From positions 2,558 through 66,557 of the forward strand of contig CAYLPU010000013.1 in NCBI GenBank assembly GCA_964385635.1: a DNA stretch of 64,000 bases, given 5' to 3'. Positions within the stretch are counted from its first letter, which is position 1. Each line of letters begins with the position of its first letter. Source of the stretch: an uncultured Anaerolineales bacterium. GTDB taxonomy: Bacteria; Chloroflexota; Anaerolineae; B4-G1. Made by a program: the position numbers and the translations under genes. Below are positions 45,761 through 53,867 of this stretch, one piece after another. The notes under the pieces are model-generated. The model worked only from the letters and a program-made list of their open reading frames with translations, was not told where the DNA came from and made no database searches.

Positions 45761-45974
45761 GGGTGCGACGATTGTTCGTAGGAATTCTTGACTCTGGCGT
45801 CTCCGGTGGCCGAGATTTAGCGAAAAAACGCCTGTCTCGAGAGGTTCTTGCGTGTTTTCGCCCATAGAAAGCCCTGTTTTTGCCTCGAAAGCAAAGTTTG
45901 TGGGGCTTGTAGACCTGCCAGCGGCCATAGAATCTGTTGGAACAAGCCTTTTCCTACGATCAGTCGTCGCACCC
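45761..45974. repeat. 22-bp imperfect inverted repeat flanking a 170-nt segment
   Basis: GGGTGCGACGATTGTTCGTAGG (45761-45782) against the reverse complement of CCTACGATCAGTCGTCGCACCC (45953-45974), 20/22 matching. Ends 17 nt before the -35 of the ABC operon promoter. Confidence 0.8.
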
Positions 45975-45990
45975 TCTTCGATGAGCAATG

Positions 45991-46019
45991 TTGACAGATT
46001 AATCCAAGAGTGGTAGTAT
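45991..46019 (+). promoter_or_regulatory. sigma70-like promoter of ABC importer operon 1
   Basis: TTGACA (45991-45996), 17-nt spacer, TAGTAT (46014-46019). About 190-nt leader. Confidence 0.6.
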
Positions 46020-46210
46020 GTAAAGCAAGCAGCGATAACCCGCGTCGGGCTTTGATAGCTCAGCCACGGTTGGACTACTACCCTTTTCCGAGAGGTCTCA
46101 AGAATAGGGGAGGAGGTGATGCGAAGCCAATAAACGACACATCTATATATGCTGTACGCGCCTTGCCAGAAAAGTGATGGTATCCCTAATTGAGAGAAGG
46201 AGGGAAGAAA

Positions 46211-47830
46211 GTGAAGTGCATTTTGAAGTTGACATTGGTTTTCTCACTGTTGCTGATCCTGGTCGCAGCCGGCTGTGGACCGACACCTACGGAAGTGCCA
46301 CCGGCAGCCACTTCTGTTCCTCCTACCGCCCCGCCGGAAGTGAAGGAGAACGTGTTCGTCTATGCCCACGGGACCACCTTCCCCGACATTGATCCCAGCA
46401 TCAGTTTCTCAAATGACTCGGTCGTGATGGGCAATGCTTATGAGACACTGGTCTTCTATAACCCGCCCGGGAGCGCGGAGGTGCTCGGCCCAGCGCTGGC
46501 TACCAGTTGGGAGGCATCGGAGGACGGCCTGATCTGGACCTTCAATCTGCAGGAGGGGGCGAAGTTCCACGACGGCACCGATTTCAACGCCGAGGCGGTG
46601 AAGTACTCTGTCGAACGGACCATAAACCTGGGCCTGGGTGCTGCTTTCATCTGGGACGCAGTGAATGAAGTAAACGTCATAGACGACTACACCGTGGAGT
46701 TCAAGCTGACATACGCCGCACCTCTGGACCTCGTCGCTGCCTCAGGGTATGGAGCCTGGATCTTCAGCCCCACCTGCACCGAGGCCCAGGGAGAAAACGT
46801 CAGCGAGTGGTTCAATGAGGGCCATGATTGTGGAAGTGGCCCCTACATGATTGAGAGCCGAGAGCGGGGCACACGGCTGGTTATGACCCGCTTCGACGAC
46901 TACTGGGGTGGCTGGAAGGAGGGCCAGTTTGGCAAGGTTGTCTTCGCGATCAACCCCGATCCCGTCGTCCAGCAGCAGATGCTCGAGGCCGGTGAGGCAG
47001 ATGCTGCCTACGGGCTACCACGGGTGAACTTCGAGGCTCTGGACGCCCGCGATGACGTTACAGTTTACATCAACCCCAGTTTCCAGAACCTGCTGGGCCT
47101 TTTCAACATGGAGAAGGAGCCCACGAACAATGAACTGGTTCGGCAGGCCCTTTCCTATGCTTTCCCCTACGAAGAGTTCATTGAGGGTGTGATGCTGGGC
47201 CAGGCCACGCAGGCCTACGGGCCCGTTCCCGCTGGGATGTGGGGCTTCAGTGACGACCTGTTCCAATACACCCACGATCTGGACAAGGCCAGGGGACTCC
47301 TGGCTGAGGCCGGTTACCCGGAAGGCGGCTTCGACTTGCTCATGACCTACGCCACCGGTGACCTGGAGGAGGAGCAGGCGGGTGAACTGTGGAAGGCGGA
47401 GTTGGCCAAGTTGGGAGTCAACCTGGAGGTGCGGGGCATGGAATGGGAGCCCCAGTGGGACCTGGCCATGTCGGATCCCCTCGCGGCTCAGGACATCTTC
47501 GTCATGTACTGGTGGCCTGACTACGTCACCCCCTACACCTATCTCTTCAACATGTTCCACTGCGAAGAGGAGATCCTCTTCAACGACGGCTACTACTGCA
47601 ACCCCGAGTTCGATGAACTGATTGATGAGGGCAACGAACTGTCGGCCACCGACCGTGCAGAGGCGGGGCAGCTCTTCATTGAGGCCCAGGAGATACTGAT
47701 AGAAGACGCTGCAGCCATGTTCTTTTATGACCTTCCCAACGACCACGAGCTTCGGTCCGACATCAAGGGCTACGTGGACAACCCGGCCTATCCCCACATC
47801 ATCTTCGTCTACAAGCTGTGGAAGGAGTAG
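46211..47830 (+). CDS. ABC transporter substrate-binding lipoprotein, family 5 (Dpp/Opp/Nik-type)
   Basis: GTG start at 46211 after AAGGAGGG. Signal peptide with lipobox VAAGCG. Family-5 SBP length and layout. Confidence 0.85.
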   Translation: MKCILKLTLVFSLLLILVAAGCGPTPTEVPPAATSVPPTAPPEVKENVFVYAHGTTFPDIDPSISFSNDSVVMGNAYETLVFYNPPGSAEVLGPALATSWEASEDGLIWTFNLQEGAKFHDGTDFNAEAVKYSVERTINLGLGAAFIWDAVNEVNVIDDYTVEFKLTYAAPLDLVAASGYGAWIFSPTCTEAQGENVSEWFNEGHDCGSGPYMIESRERGTRLVMTRFDDYWGGWKEGQFGKVVFAINPDPVVQQQMLEAGEADAAYGLPRVNFEALDARDDVTVYINPSFQNLLGLFNMEKEPTNNELVRQALSYAFPYEEFIEGVMLGQATQAYGPVPAGMWGFSDDLFQYTHDLDKARGLLAEAGYPEGGFDLLMTYATGDLEEEQAGELWKAELAKLGVNLEVRGMEWEPQWDLAMSDPLAAQDIFVMYWWPDYVTPYTYLFNMFHCEEEILFNDGYYCNPEFDELIDEGNELSATDRAEAGQLFIEAQEILIEDAAAMFFYDLPNDHELRSDIKGYVDNPAYPHIIFVYKLWKE

Positions 47831-47856
47831 GGGAGATCTGAGAGTGAGGACATGCG

Positions 47857-47894
47857 GAAGCATGGAAGGTGGCCCATAGTCTCTTCCATGCTTT
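47857..47894 (+). terminator. attenuator-like hairpin after the SBP gene
   Basis: GAAGCATGGAAG / CTTCCATGCTTT 12-bp stem (one G-U), 14-nt loop, followed by a pyrimidine-rich tail. Confidence 0.35.
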
Positions 47895-47948
47895 CACCTT
47901 TCCCCTCTTTATCACTCTATACTGAACGCACTCTGATTTCGTGAAAAT

Positions 47949-48015
47949 GGAGTCGAGGCTTCAGCCGGATTTGGCCCGACTTTGTCCGATTTTGACCGGC
48001 TAAAGCCTCGACTCC
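47949..48015. repeat. 20-bp inverted repeat (REP-like long hairpin) between the SBP and permease genes
   Basis: GGAGTCGAGGCTTCAGCCGG (47949-47968) pairs with CCGGCTAAAGCCTCGACTCC (47996-48015), 19/20. Confidence 0.8.
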
Positions 48016-48082
48016 GGCCTACAGGGGGTCATTTCTAGACCAATCAGTTTTGCGCTCAGTATATTCTCTTTGGAAGGACTGT

Positions 48083-49105
48083 ATGCAAAAGTGGGAATAC
48101 CTCGCCAAGCGGCTGGCGCTGGCTGTAGTTGTGCTTCTGAGTGTGTCAGTCATCACCTTTGTCATCTCCCGCGTTGTGCCTTCTAATCCTGCCGCTCTGT
48201 GGGTTGGTCCCCATCCCACCCAGGAGCAAATAGCCGCCGCCCGCATCAAGTTAGGTCTGGACAAACCTCTCCACGTCCAGTACTTTCGTTACATGAACGA
48301 TCTACTGCACGGCGACCTCGGCGTCTCCGTGCAATCGCATCAGCCCATCCTGACTGACCTCAAGACCTATTTGCCAGCGACTCTGGAGTTGGTTATCACG
48401 GGCATGATCATGGCCGTCCTCGTCGGCATCCCTTTGGGCGTCCTCTCCGGGGCCAAGAAGGGCAGACTGCTCGACCATGCCAGCCGCTTGCTGGCTGTCG
48501 CTGGTGTCTCCATGCCTACTTTCTGGATGGCACTCTTGCTGCAATTTCTTTTCTTCGGCAGGTTGAAGCTCTTGCCCCTGTGCAGCCGGGTGGACATAGG
48601 AATCTCCCTGTACCATCCGGTTCAGCAGATCACCGGCTTCTACGTGATTGACAGTCTGGTCAGCGGCAACTGGACAGCCCTGCGCAGCACCCTCGTCCAT
48701 CTCATCCTGCCGGCTTTCACGCTGGGAACTTATGCCATCGGCCTGACCATCCGCATGACCCGCTCCACGATGATCGAGGTTCTGGAAGAGGGGTATATCA
48801 CTGCCGCGCGGGCCGCAGGCATCCCGGAGCGCACCATCCTCTTCCGTTTGGCTCTCAAGAACGCTATCGTCCCTACGTTGACAGTTCTGGCGCTCTCCTT
48901 CGTCTATTCACTGACGGGGGCCATCCTGGTGGAGGTCATCTTCGCCTGGCCTGGTCTGGGCAGTTACGTCACCCGTGCTGTCCTCAGCATTGACTTTTCG
49001 GTCATCATGGCCGTCACCCTGGTGGTAACTGTCTTCTACGTCTTTATCAATCTGTTTTTGGATATCATTCAGGTCTTCCTGGACCCCCGCGTCACGCTGG
49101 GTTGA
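48083..49105 (+). CDS. ABC transporter permease (DppB/OppB-like)
   Basis: ATG 48083 after GGAAGGA. 6 TM helices. EAA loop YITAARAAGIPERTILFRLALKNA. Confidence 0.85.
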   Translation: MQKWEYLAKRLALAVVVLLSVSVITFVISRVVPSNPAALWVGPHPTQEQIAAARIKLGLDKPLHVQYFRYMNDLLHGDLGVSVQSHQPILTDLKTYLPATLELVITGMIMAVLVGIPLGVLSGAKKGRLLDHASRLLAVAGVSMPTFWMALLLQFLFFGRLKLLPLCSRVDIGISLYHPVQQITGFYVIDSLVSGNWTALRSTLVHLILPAFTLGTYAIGLTIRMTRSTMIEVLEEGYITAARAAGIPERTILFRLALKNAIVPTLTVLALSFVYSLTGAILVEVIFAWPGLGSYVTRAVLSIDFSVIMAVTLVVTVFYVFINLFLDIIQVFLDPRVTLG

Positions 49106-49154
49106 CCAGAATCGGCCCCCATACAGAGTCTGCTGTGAGAATGGAGAATAGAGA

Positions 49155-50672
49155 ATGAAGTTTCGGGTCATTGTTCCTGTGACGACCAAAGAGTTCGTGG
49201 CCGCCACGGGGCCTCAGTATGCGGCGGCTGCCAGACCGGATGTCGAAATCAGCGTCGTCGGCCTCGACAGAGGTCCAGCCTCCCTGGAGTCTGATTACGA
49301 GGATGCTCTGGCGGTACCGGATATCCTGGCCAAGGTGCGCGCCGCAGATGCAGAGGGGATGGACGCGGTCATCATTGATTGCATGGCCGATCCGGGCCTG
49401 GCTCCGGCACGCGAACTGGCCTCCATCCCGGTCATCGGCCCGGCACAAGCAGCGATGCACCTGGCCGCTATCCTGGCCCATCGTTTCTCAGTGATGACAG
49501 TGCTCGAACGGGATATCCCTCTCATTGACCGCCTGGCCCGGTTGTATGGCCTGGAGGGCAACCTGGCCTCGGTTCGACCCGTCAATATCCCCGTCCTGGA
49601 GTTGGACAGGGATCGAGAACGGTTGATGGGGGCCCTGGTAGAGCAATCGGCCAGGGCTGTGGTTGAGGATGGGGCTCATATCCTGCTCTTCGGCTGCACC
49701 GGGATGAGTGGTTTAGCCCAACAGGTGGAACAGGCTCTGGCGGAACTGGGCTGCACGGTGCCGGTCATTGATCCATCCCTGGCTGCCCTGAAACTGGCCG
49801 AAGGTCTGGCCGACATGAGCCTTTCTCACAGCAAGCGCACCTATCCTCCTCCACCGCCCAAGGAGGTCGCCGGCTATCCTCAGGAAGCCGGAGGCGGGTA
49901 TGGCAACCCGCCCTACTCGTATCCCGGTGAACTGCGAAAAAGGGCCAGGATCCGCGTCATCGTACCTGTGGTGGGAGAGCACTGGATCGCTCCCGTCCAG
50001 GAGGCTTATGACCGGGCGGGTCGATCCGGCACGGAGGTCAGCGCCGTGGCCGTTGATAGGGGCCCATCCTCCATCGAATCGGTGTACGATGAGGCGCTGG
50101 CCGTCCCCGGTGTCTTATCCAGGGTGCGATCCGCCGAGACGGAGGGGGTGGACGCGGTGGTTCTCGACTGCATGGCCGATCCGGGTCTCGACCCGGCCCG
50201 CGAGTTGGCCTCCATCCCCGTCATTGGCCCCGCTCAGGCAGCAATGCATCTGGCGGCCCTGCTCGCTCATCGGTTTTCGGTCATCACCGTTCTGGAGCAA
50301 GGCATCCCGAGAGTCCAGCGCCAGATTCTGCGCTACGGCCTGGCAGGGAAGGCCGCCTCGGTGCGGGCCATCAACATCCCTGTCCTGGAGATGGGTGAGG
50401 ATCGGGAGCGGGTGACGAGAGCTGTGATTGAGGAAGCAGCCAGGGCGGTGCGCGAGGACGGAGCCCACATTATCGTTCCCGGCTGCACGGAGATGATCGG
50501 GATGGCTCCGGCGGTGCAGGAGGGCCTGGCGGAGCGAGGCTGCGAGGTGCCGGTCATTGACCCACCGGCGGCGGCGATTAAGCTGGCCGAGGGGCTGGTC
50601 GACATGGGCCTGTCCCACAGCAAGCGCACCTATCCTCTGCCACCTGACAAGAAGATCGTAGGTTATCCGTAG
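49155..50672 (+). CDS. tandem-fused double Asp/Glu/hydantoin racemase-family protein
   Basis: Two homologous halves, each with IDCMADPGL (Cys1) and GCTGM/GCTEM (Cys2) plus SHSKRTYP. They are joined by a Pro/Gly-rich linker PPPPPKEVAGYPQEAGGGYGNPPYSYPGE. Confidence 0.8.
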   Translation: MKFRVIVPVTTKEFVAATGPQYAAAARPDVEISVVGLDRGPASLESDYEDALAVPDILAKVRAADAEGMDAVIIDCMADPGLAPARELASIPVIGPAQAAMHLAAILAHRFSVMTVLERDIPLIDRLARLYGLEGNLASVRPVNIPVLELDRDRERLMGALVEQSARAVVEDGAHILLFGCTGMSGLAQQVEQALAELGCTVPVIDPSLAALKLAEGLADMSLSHSKRTYPPPPPKEVAGYPQEAGGGYGNPPYSYPGELRKRARIRVIVPVVGEHWIAPVQEAYDRAGRSGTEVSAVAVDRGPSSIESVYDEALAVPGVLSRVRSAETEGVDAVVLDCMADPGLDPARELASIPVIGPAQAAMHLAALLAHRFSVITVLEQGIPRVQRQILRYGLAGKAASVRAINIPVLEMGEDRERVTRAVIEEAARAVREDGAHIIVPGCTEMIGMAPAVQEGLAERGCEVPVIDPPAAAIKLAEGLVDMGLSHSKRTYPLPPDKKIVGYP

Positions 50673-50704
50673 GAGGGCAGACACGTGGGTCTGCCCCCCA
50701 GATA

Positions 50705-50786
50705 AAGATAAAAAATCTGTGAGAACCTGTTTCATCTGTGTGTATCCGTGTGCTATTTGTGCCTGTTTTGGGAAGAGCCTGATCAG
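50705..50786 (+). repeat. 82-nt low-GC intercistronic repeat, copy A
   Basis: AAGATAAAAAATCTGTGAGAACC.G.TTCATCTGTGTGTATCCGTGTGCTATTTGTGCCTGTTTTGGGAAGAGCCTGA.CAG. 79/82 identical to copy B. Confidence 0.9.
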
Positions 50787-50795
50787 GAGAATGTT

Positions 50796-51704
50796 ATGTC
50801 CGTAGCGGAGAGATGGCTGGGCGATTGGGGCCGCCGGCAAGGGGCTCACCTTGAGGAGTACCGCCTGGTGGCCCGCGCCTTCCGGCGCGATTGGTTAGGC
50901 GTGTTCAGCCTGTTGCTGATTGTGGCCTTTGTGCTGGGGGCCATCTTTGCCCCCTACCTCACCCCCTACCCGGAGGAGGGTCGGGGAGAACCTAATCTGG
51001 TCAACAAGTTCCTGCCACCCGGCCGTGAACACCCTTTCGGCACCGACTACCTGGGACGCGATGTCCTGGCCCGCGTCCTTTTCGGCGGCCGTAGCTCTCT
51101 CGGTATCGGCTTCCTGGTGGTGACCATTGCTGTGGCCATTGGCACGCCTCTGGGCGCTGTAGCGGGTTACTCCGGGCGATGGCTGGACGAGGCCATCATG
51201 CGCATAACTGACATATGGTTGTCTTTTCCGCCCTTGCTGCTGGCCATCGCCATTGCTGCCGCCCTGGGCCCTAGCCTCACCAACGTCATGATTGCCATCG
51301 CCCTCACCTGGTGGCCCTGGTACACCCGTCTGGTGCGGGCGCAGACGGTCTCTCTGCGCGAACGCTTCTTTATTGAGGCTGCGCGAGGCATGGGTGTGAA
51401 CAGAATGACCATTATCTTCCGGCACATCCTGCCCAATGTCATAACACCGGTCGTGGTACAGAGCACTATGGACATCGGTTCGGCCATCCTCACCGGGGCG
51501 GCGATGAGCTTCATCGGCCTGGGGGCTCAGCCCCCTACCCCCGACTGGGGGCAGATGATCAGCAAAGGCCGTATCTACATCATGGGCCAGCCCTGGTACG
51601 GCACATTCCCAGGCCTGGCCATCTTCCTGGTCACGTTGGCCTTCAACCTGCTGGGCGATACGATCCGCGATGTGGCCGATCCCCGTTCTCGGAGGGCCGC
51701 TTGA
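50796..51704 (+). CDS. ABC transporter permease (DppC/OppC-like)
   Basis: ATG 50796 after CAGGAGAA. FIEAARGMGVNRMTIIFRHILPN. The ORF-track N-terminus MCYLCLFWEEP is read out of the 82-nt repeat. Confidence 0.85.
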   Translation: MSVAERWLGDWGRRQGAHLEEYRLVARAFRRDWLGVFSLLLIVAFVLGAIFAPYLTPYPEEGRGEPNLVNKFLPPGREHPFGTDYLGRDVLARVLFGGRSSLGIGFLVVTIAVAIGTPLGAVAGYSGRWLDEAIMRITDIWLSFPPLLLAIAIAAALGPSLTNVMIAIALTWWPWYTRLVRAQTVSLRERFFIEAARGMGVNRMTIIFRHILPNVITPVVVQSTMDIGSAILTGAAMSFIGLGAQPPTPDWGQMISKGRIYIMGQPWYGTFPGLAIFLVTLAFNLLGDTIRDVADPRSRRAA

Positions 51705-51714
51705 GGGGTTCTTG

Positions 51715-52695
51715 ATGAATGAGCCACTAGTTTCCATTGAGAACTTACACGTCCGCTTCCGTACCTACGCTGGTCAGGTGCACGCCGTCAACGGCGTCAG
51801 CCTGGATATCGGGCCAGGCGAGATCTTTGGCCTGGTGGGTGAGACCGGATGCGGCAAGACGGTGACCGGCCTCTCGCTCCTCCGTCTGGTTCCACCTCCA
51901 GGTGAGATCACGGCTGGCCGAATCACCTTCGATGGCCAGGACATTCTGTCTCTGAGCGAGCAGGAGATGCGGGATATCCGTGGGGCGCGCATCGCCATGA
52001 TCTTCCAGGACCCGGCTGCCTCCCTCAACCCTGTCTTCACCGCAGGAGAGCAGATCGAGATGGTGATCCGCCAACATCAACCGGTGTCGCGGAGGGTCGC
52101 TCGCCAGCGGACTCTGGAGATGCTGGAGACCGTAGGCCTGCCAGACCCGCCGCAGATTGTCAGGGCCTATCCCCATGAACTGAGTGGGGGGATGCAGCAG
52201 CGGGTGATGATCGGACTGGCCCTGGCCTCCAACGCCGGCCTGCTCATCGCTGATGAGCCGACCACCGCCCTGGACGTGACCATTCAGGCCCAGATTCTGG
52301 CCCTTCTCACTCAATTGAAAGAGAGCCGGGGGCTCTCCATCCTTCTCATCACTCACAACCTGGGTGTAGTGGCCGAGACCTGCGACCGGGTGGCCGTGTT
52401 ATACATGGGCCACGTGGTGGAGAAAGGCCGCGCACGGGATATATTCAAGGAGATGAAACATCCCTATACTCAGGGACTGCTGGCGGCCATCCCCCGGCCA
52501 GGCAGCCATGGCGAGCCTTTGCAGGCCATCAGCGGTTCAGTGCCCAGCGGCCTGGTCGTCTTCCCTGGCTGCTCCTTCGAGCCCCGTTGTCCTTCTGCCA
52601 TGGAGGTCTGTCGCCAGGCCCCTCCGCCCCTGGTGCGCGTCGGTGAGGAGCACTACGTGGCTTGCTATCAGTTCGTGGAAAGGGGCCTGCCCTGA
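51715..52695 (+). CDS. ABC transporter ATP-binding protein (DppD/OppD-like)
   Basis: GETGCGKT, LSGGMQQR, LLIADEPTTALD and the C-terminal oligopeptide-type extension. Confidence 0.9.
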   Translation: MNEPLVSIENLHVRFRTYAGQVHAVNGVSLDIGPGEIFGLVGETGCGKTVTGLSLLRLVPPPGEITAGRITFDGQDILSLSEQEMRDIRGARIAMIFQDPAASLNPVFTAGEQIEMVIRQHQPVSRRVARQRTLEMLETVGLPDPPQIVRAYPHELSGGMQQRVMIGLALASNAGLLIADEPTTALDVTIQAQILALLTQLKESRGLSILLITHNLGVVAETCDRVAVLYMGHVVEKGRARDIFKEMKHPYTQGLLAAIPRPGSHGEPLQAISGSVPSGLVVFPGCSFEPRCPSAMEVCRQAPPPLVRVGEEHYVACYQFVERGLP

Positions 52696-52704
52696 GCCCT
52701 TCTG

Positions 52705-52786
52705 AAGATAAAAAATCTGTGAGAACCCGCTTCATCTGTGTGTATCCGTGTGCTATTTGTGCCTGTTTTGGGAAGAGCCTGAGCAG
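52705..52786 (+). repeat. 82-nt low-GC intercistronic repeat, copy B
   Basis: Same orientation as copy A and 79/82 identical. Sits between the two ATPase genes. Confidence 0.9.
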
Positions 52787-52813
52787 TCACGTTTCGATAA
52801 GTGGAGGGATAGT

Positions 52814-53800
52814 TTGGCCATTCTGGTGGAAGTGCGGGGGCTAACAAAATACTTTGCCCAACGCGCTCGCCTCTTCGGTCTGCGTGCCCAGCCAGCAGTG
52901 CGGGCTGTGGATGGGGTGAGCCTGACAGTGAAACGGCAAGAAACCCTGGGGGTGGTAGGTGAATCAGGCTGCGGCAAGACCACGCTGGGGCGGTGCATTT
53001 CGCGTCTCATCGAGCCGACGGGCGGTGAGGTTTTGTTTGAAGGGGTCAATATCCTGACCCTGGGCTCCACCGAAATGCGCCGCCAGCGGCGCGACATGCA
53101 GATGGTGTTTCAGAATCCCTTCTCCTCGCTCGATCCTCGCCTCAACGTGCTGAGGCTGGTGTCCGAGCCGCTGCGCACTCACACGGACTTGCGAGGAGAA
53201 CCGCTGGCGGCACGAGTGGTGGAACTTTTGGAGCGGGTGGGGCTGAAGAGAGAGCACCTCTATCGTTACCCCCACGAGTTCTCCGGCGGCCAGTGCCAGC
53301 GCATCGCCGTGGCCCGGGCGCTGGCACTCAATCCCAAACTGCTGATTCTGGATGAACCCACCTCGGCTCTCGACGTCTCGGTACAGGCTCAGATTCTTAA
53401 TTTGTTGCACGAACTACAGCGTGAGTTTGGTCTCGCTTATCTCTTCATCTCTCATGATCTGAGTGTGGTGCAACACATCAGCGACCGCATCGCTGTGATG
53501 TACCTGGGTAAGGTGGTCGAGTTGAGCACGTCCGAGACGATCTTTCCTTCGACAGGCTCAGGACACCGTGGTGGGGACCTTCACCCATACACTGAAGCCC
53601 TTCTCTCCTCGACTCCTATCCCTGATCCCGACACTAAAAGAAAGCGAATCGTATTGGAGGGAGGAGTGCCCAGCCCGATTAACCCGCCCCCGGGCTGTCG
53701 CTTCCACCCCCGCTGTCCCAAAGCCATGCCGCTCTGCTCTCAAGTGGAGCCAGAGTTGGTAGATGTCGGCGATGGCCACATGGTGGCCTGTCACAGATAG
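52814..53800 (+). CDS. ABC transporter ATP-binding protein (DppF/OppF-like)
   Basis: TTG start at 52814, 5 nt after [42 protein letters not shown]. Has a short insertion STGSGHRGGDL before HPYT. Confidence 0.85.
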   Translation: MAILVEVRGLTKYFAQRARLFGLRAQPAVRAVDGVSLTVKRQETLGVVGESGCGKTTLGRCISRLIEPTGGEVLFEGVNILTLGSTEMRRQRRDMQMVFQNPFSSLDPRLNVLRLVSEPLRTHTDLRGEPLAARVVELLERVGLKREHLYRYPHEFSGGQCQRIAVARALALNPKLLILDEPTSALDVSVQAQILNLLHELQREFGLAYLFISHDLSVVQHISDRIAVMYLGKVVELSTSETIFPSTGSGHRGGDLHPYTEALLSSTPIPDPDTKRKRIVLEGGVPSPINPPPGCRFHPRCPKAMPLCSQVEPELVDVGDGHMVACHR

Positions 53801-53852
53801 AAGAATAGAAGAATAGAAGAATAGAGAATAGAGAATAGAGAATAGAGAATAA
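53797..53852 (+). repeat. purine-rich microsatellite (AAGAATAG)x3 (AGAATAG)x3 AGAATAA
   Basis: Fills the whole intergenic gap from the ATPase stop (53798-53800) to the AGGGAGG SD of the DUF917 gene. TAG recurs at 8,8,8,7,7,7-nt spacing. Confidence 0.95.
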
Positions 53853-53867
53853 AGGGAGGTTGAAACG

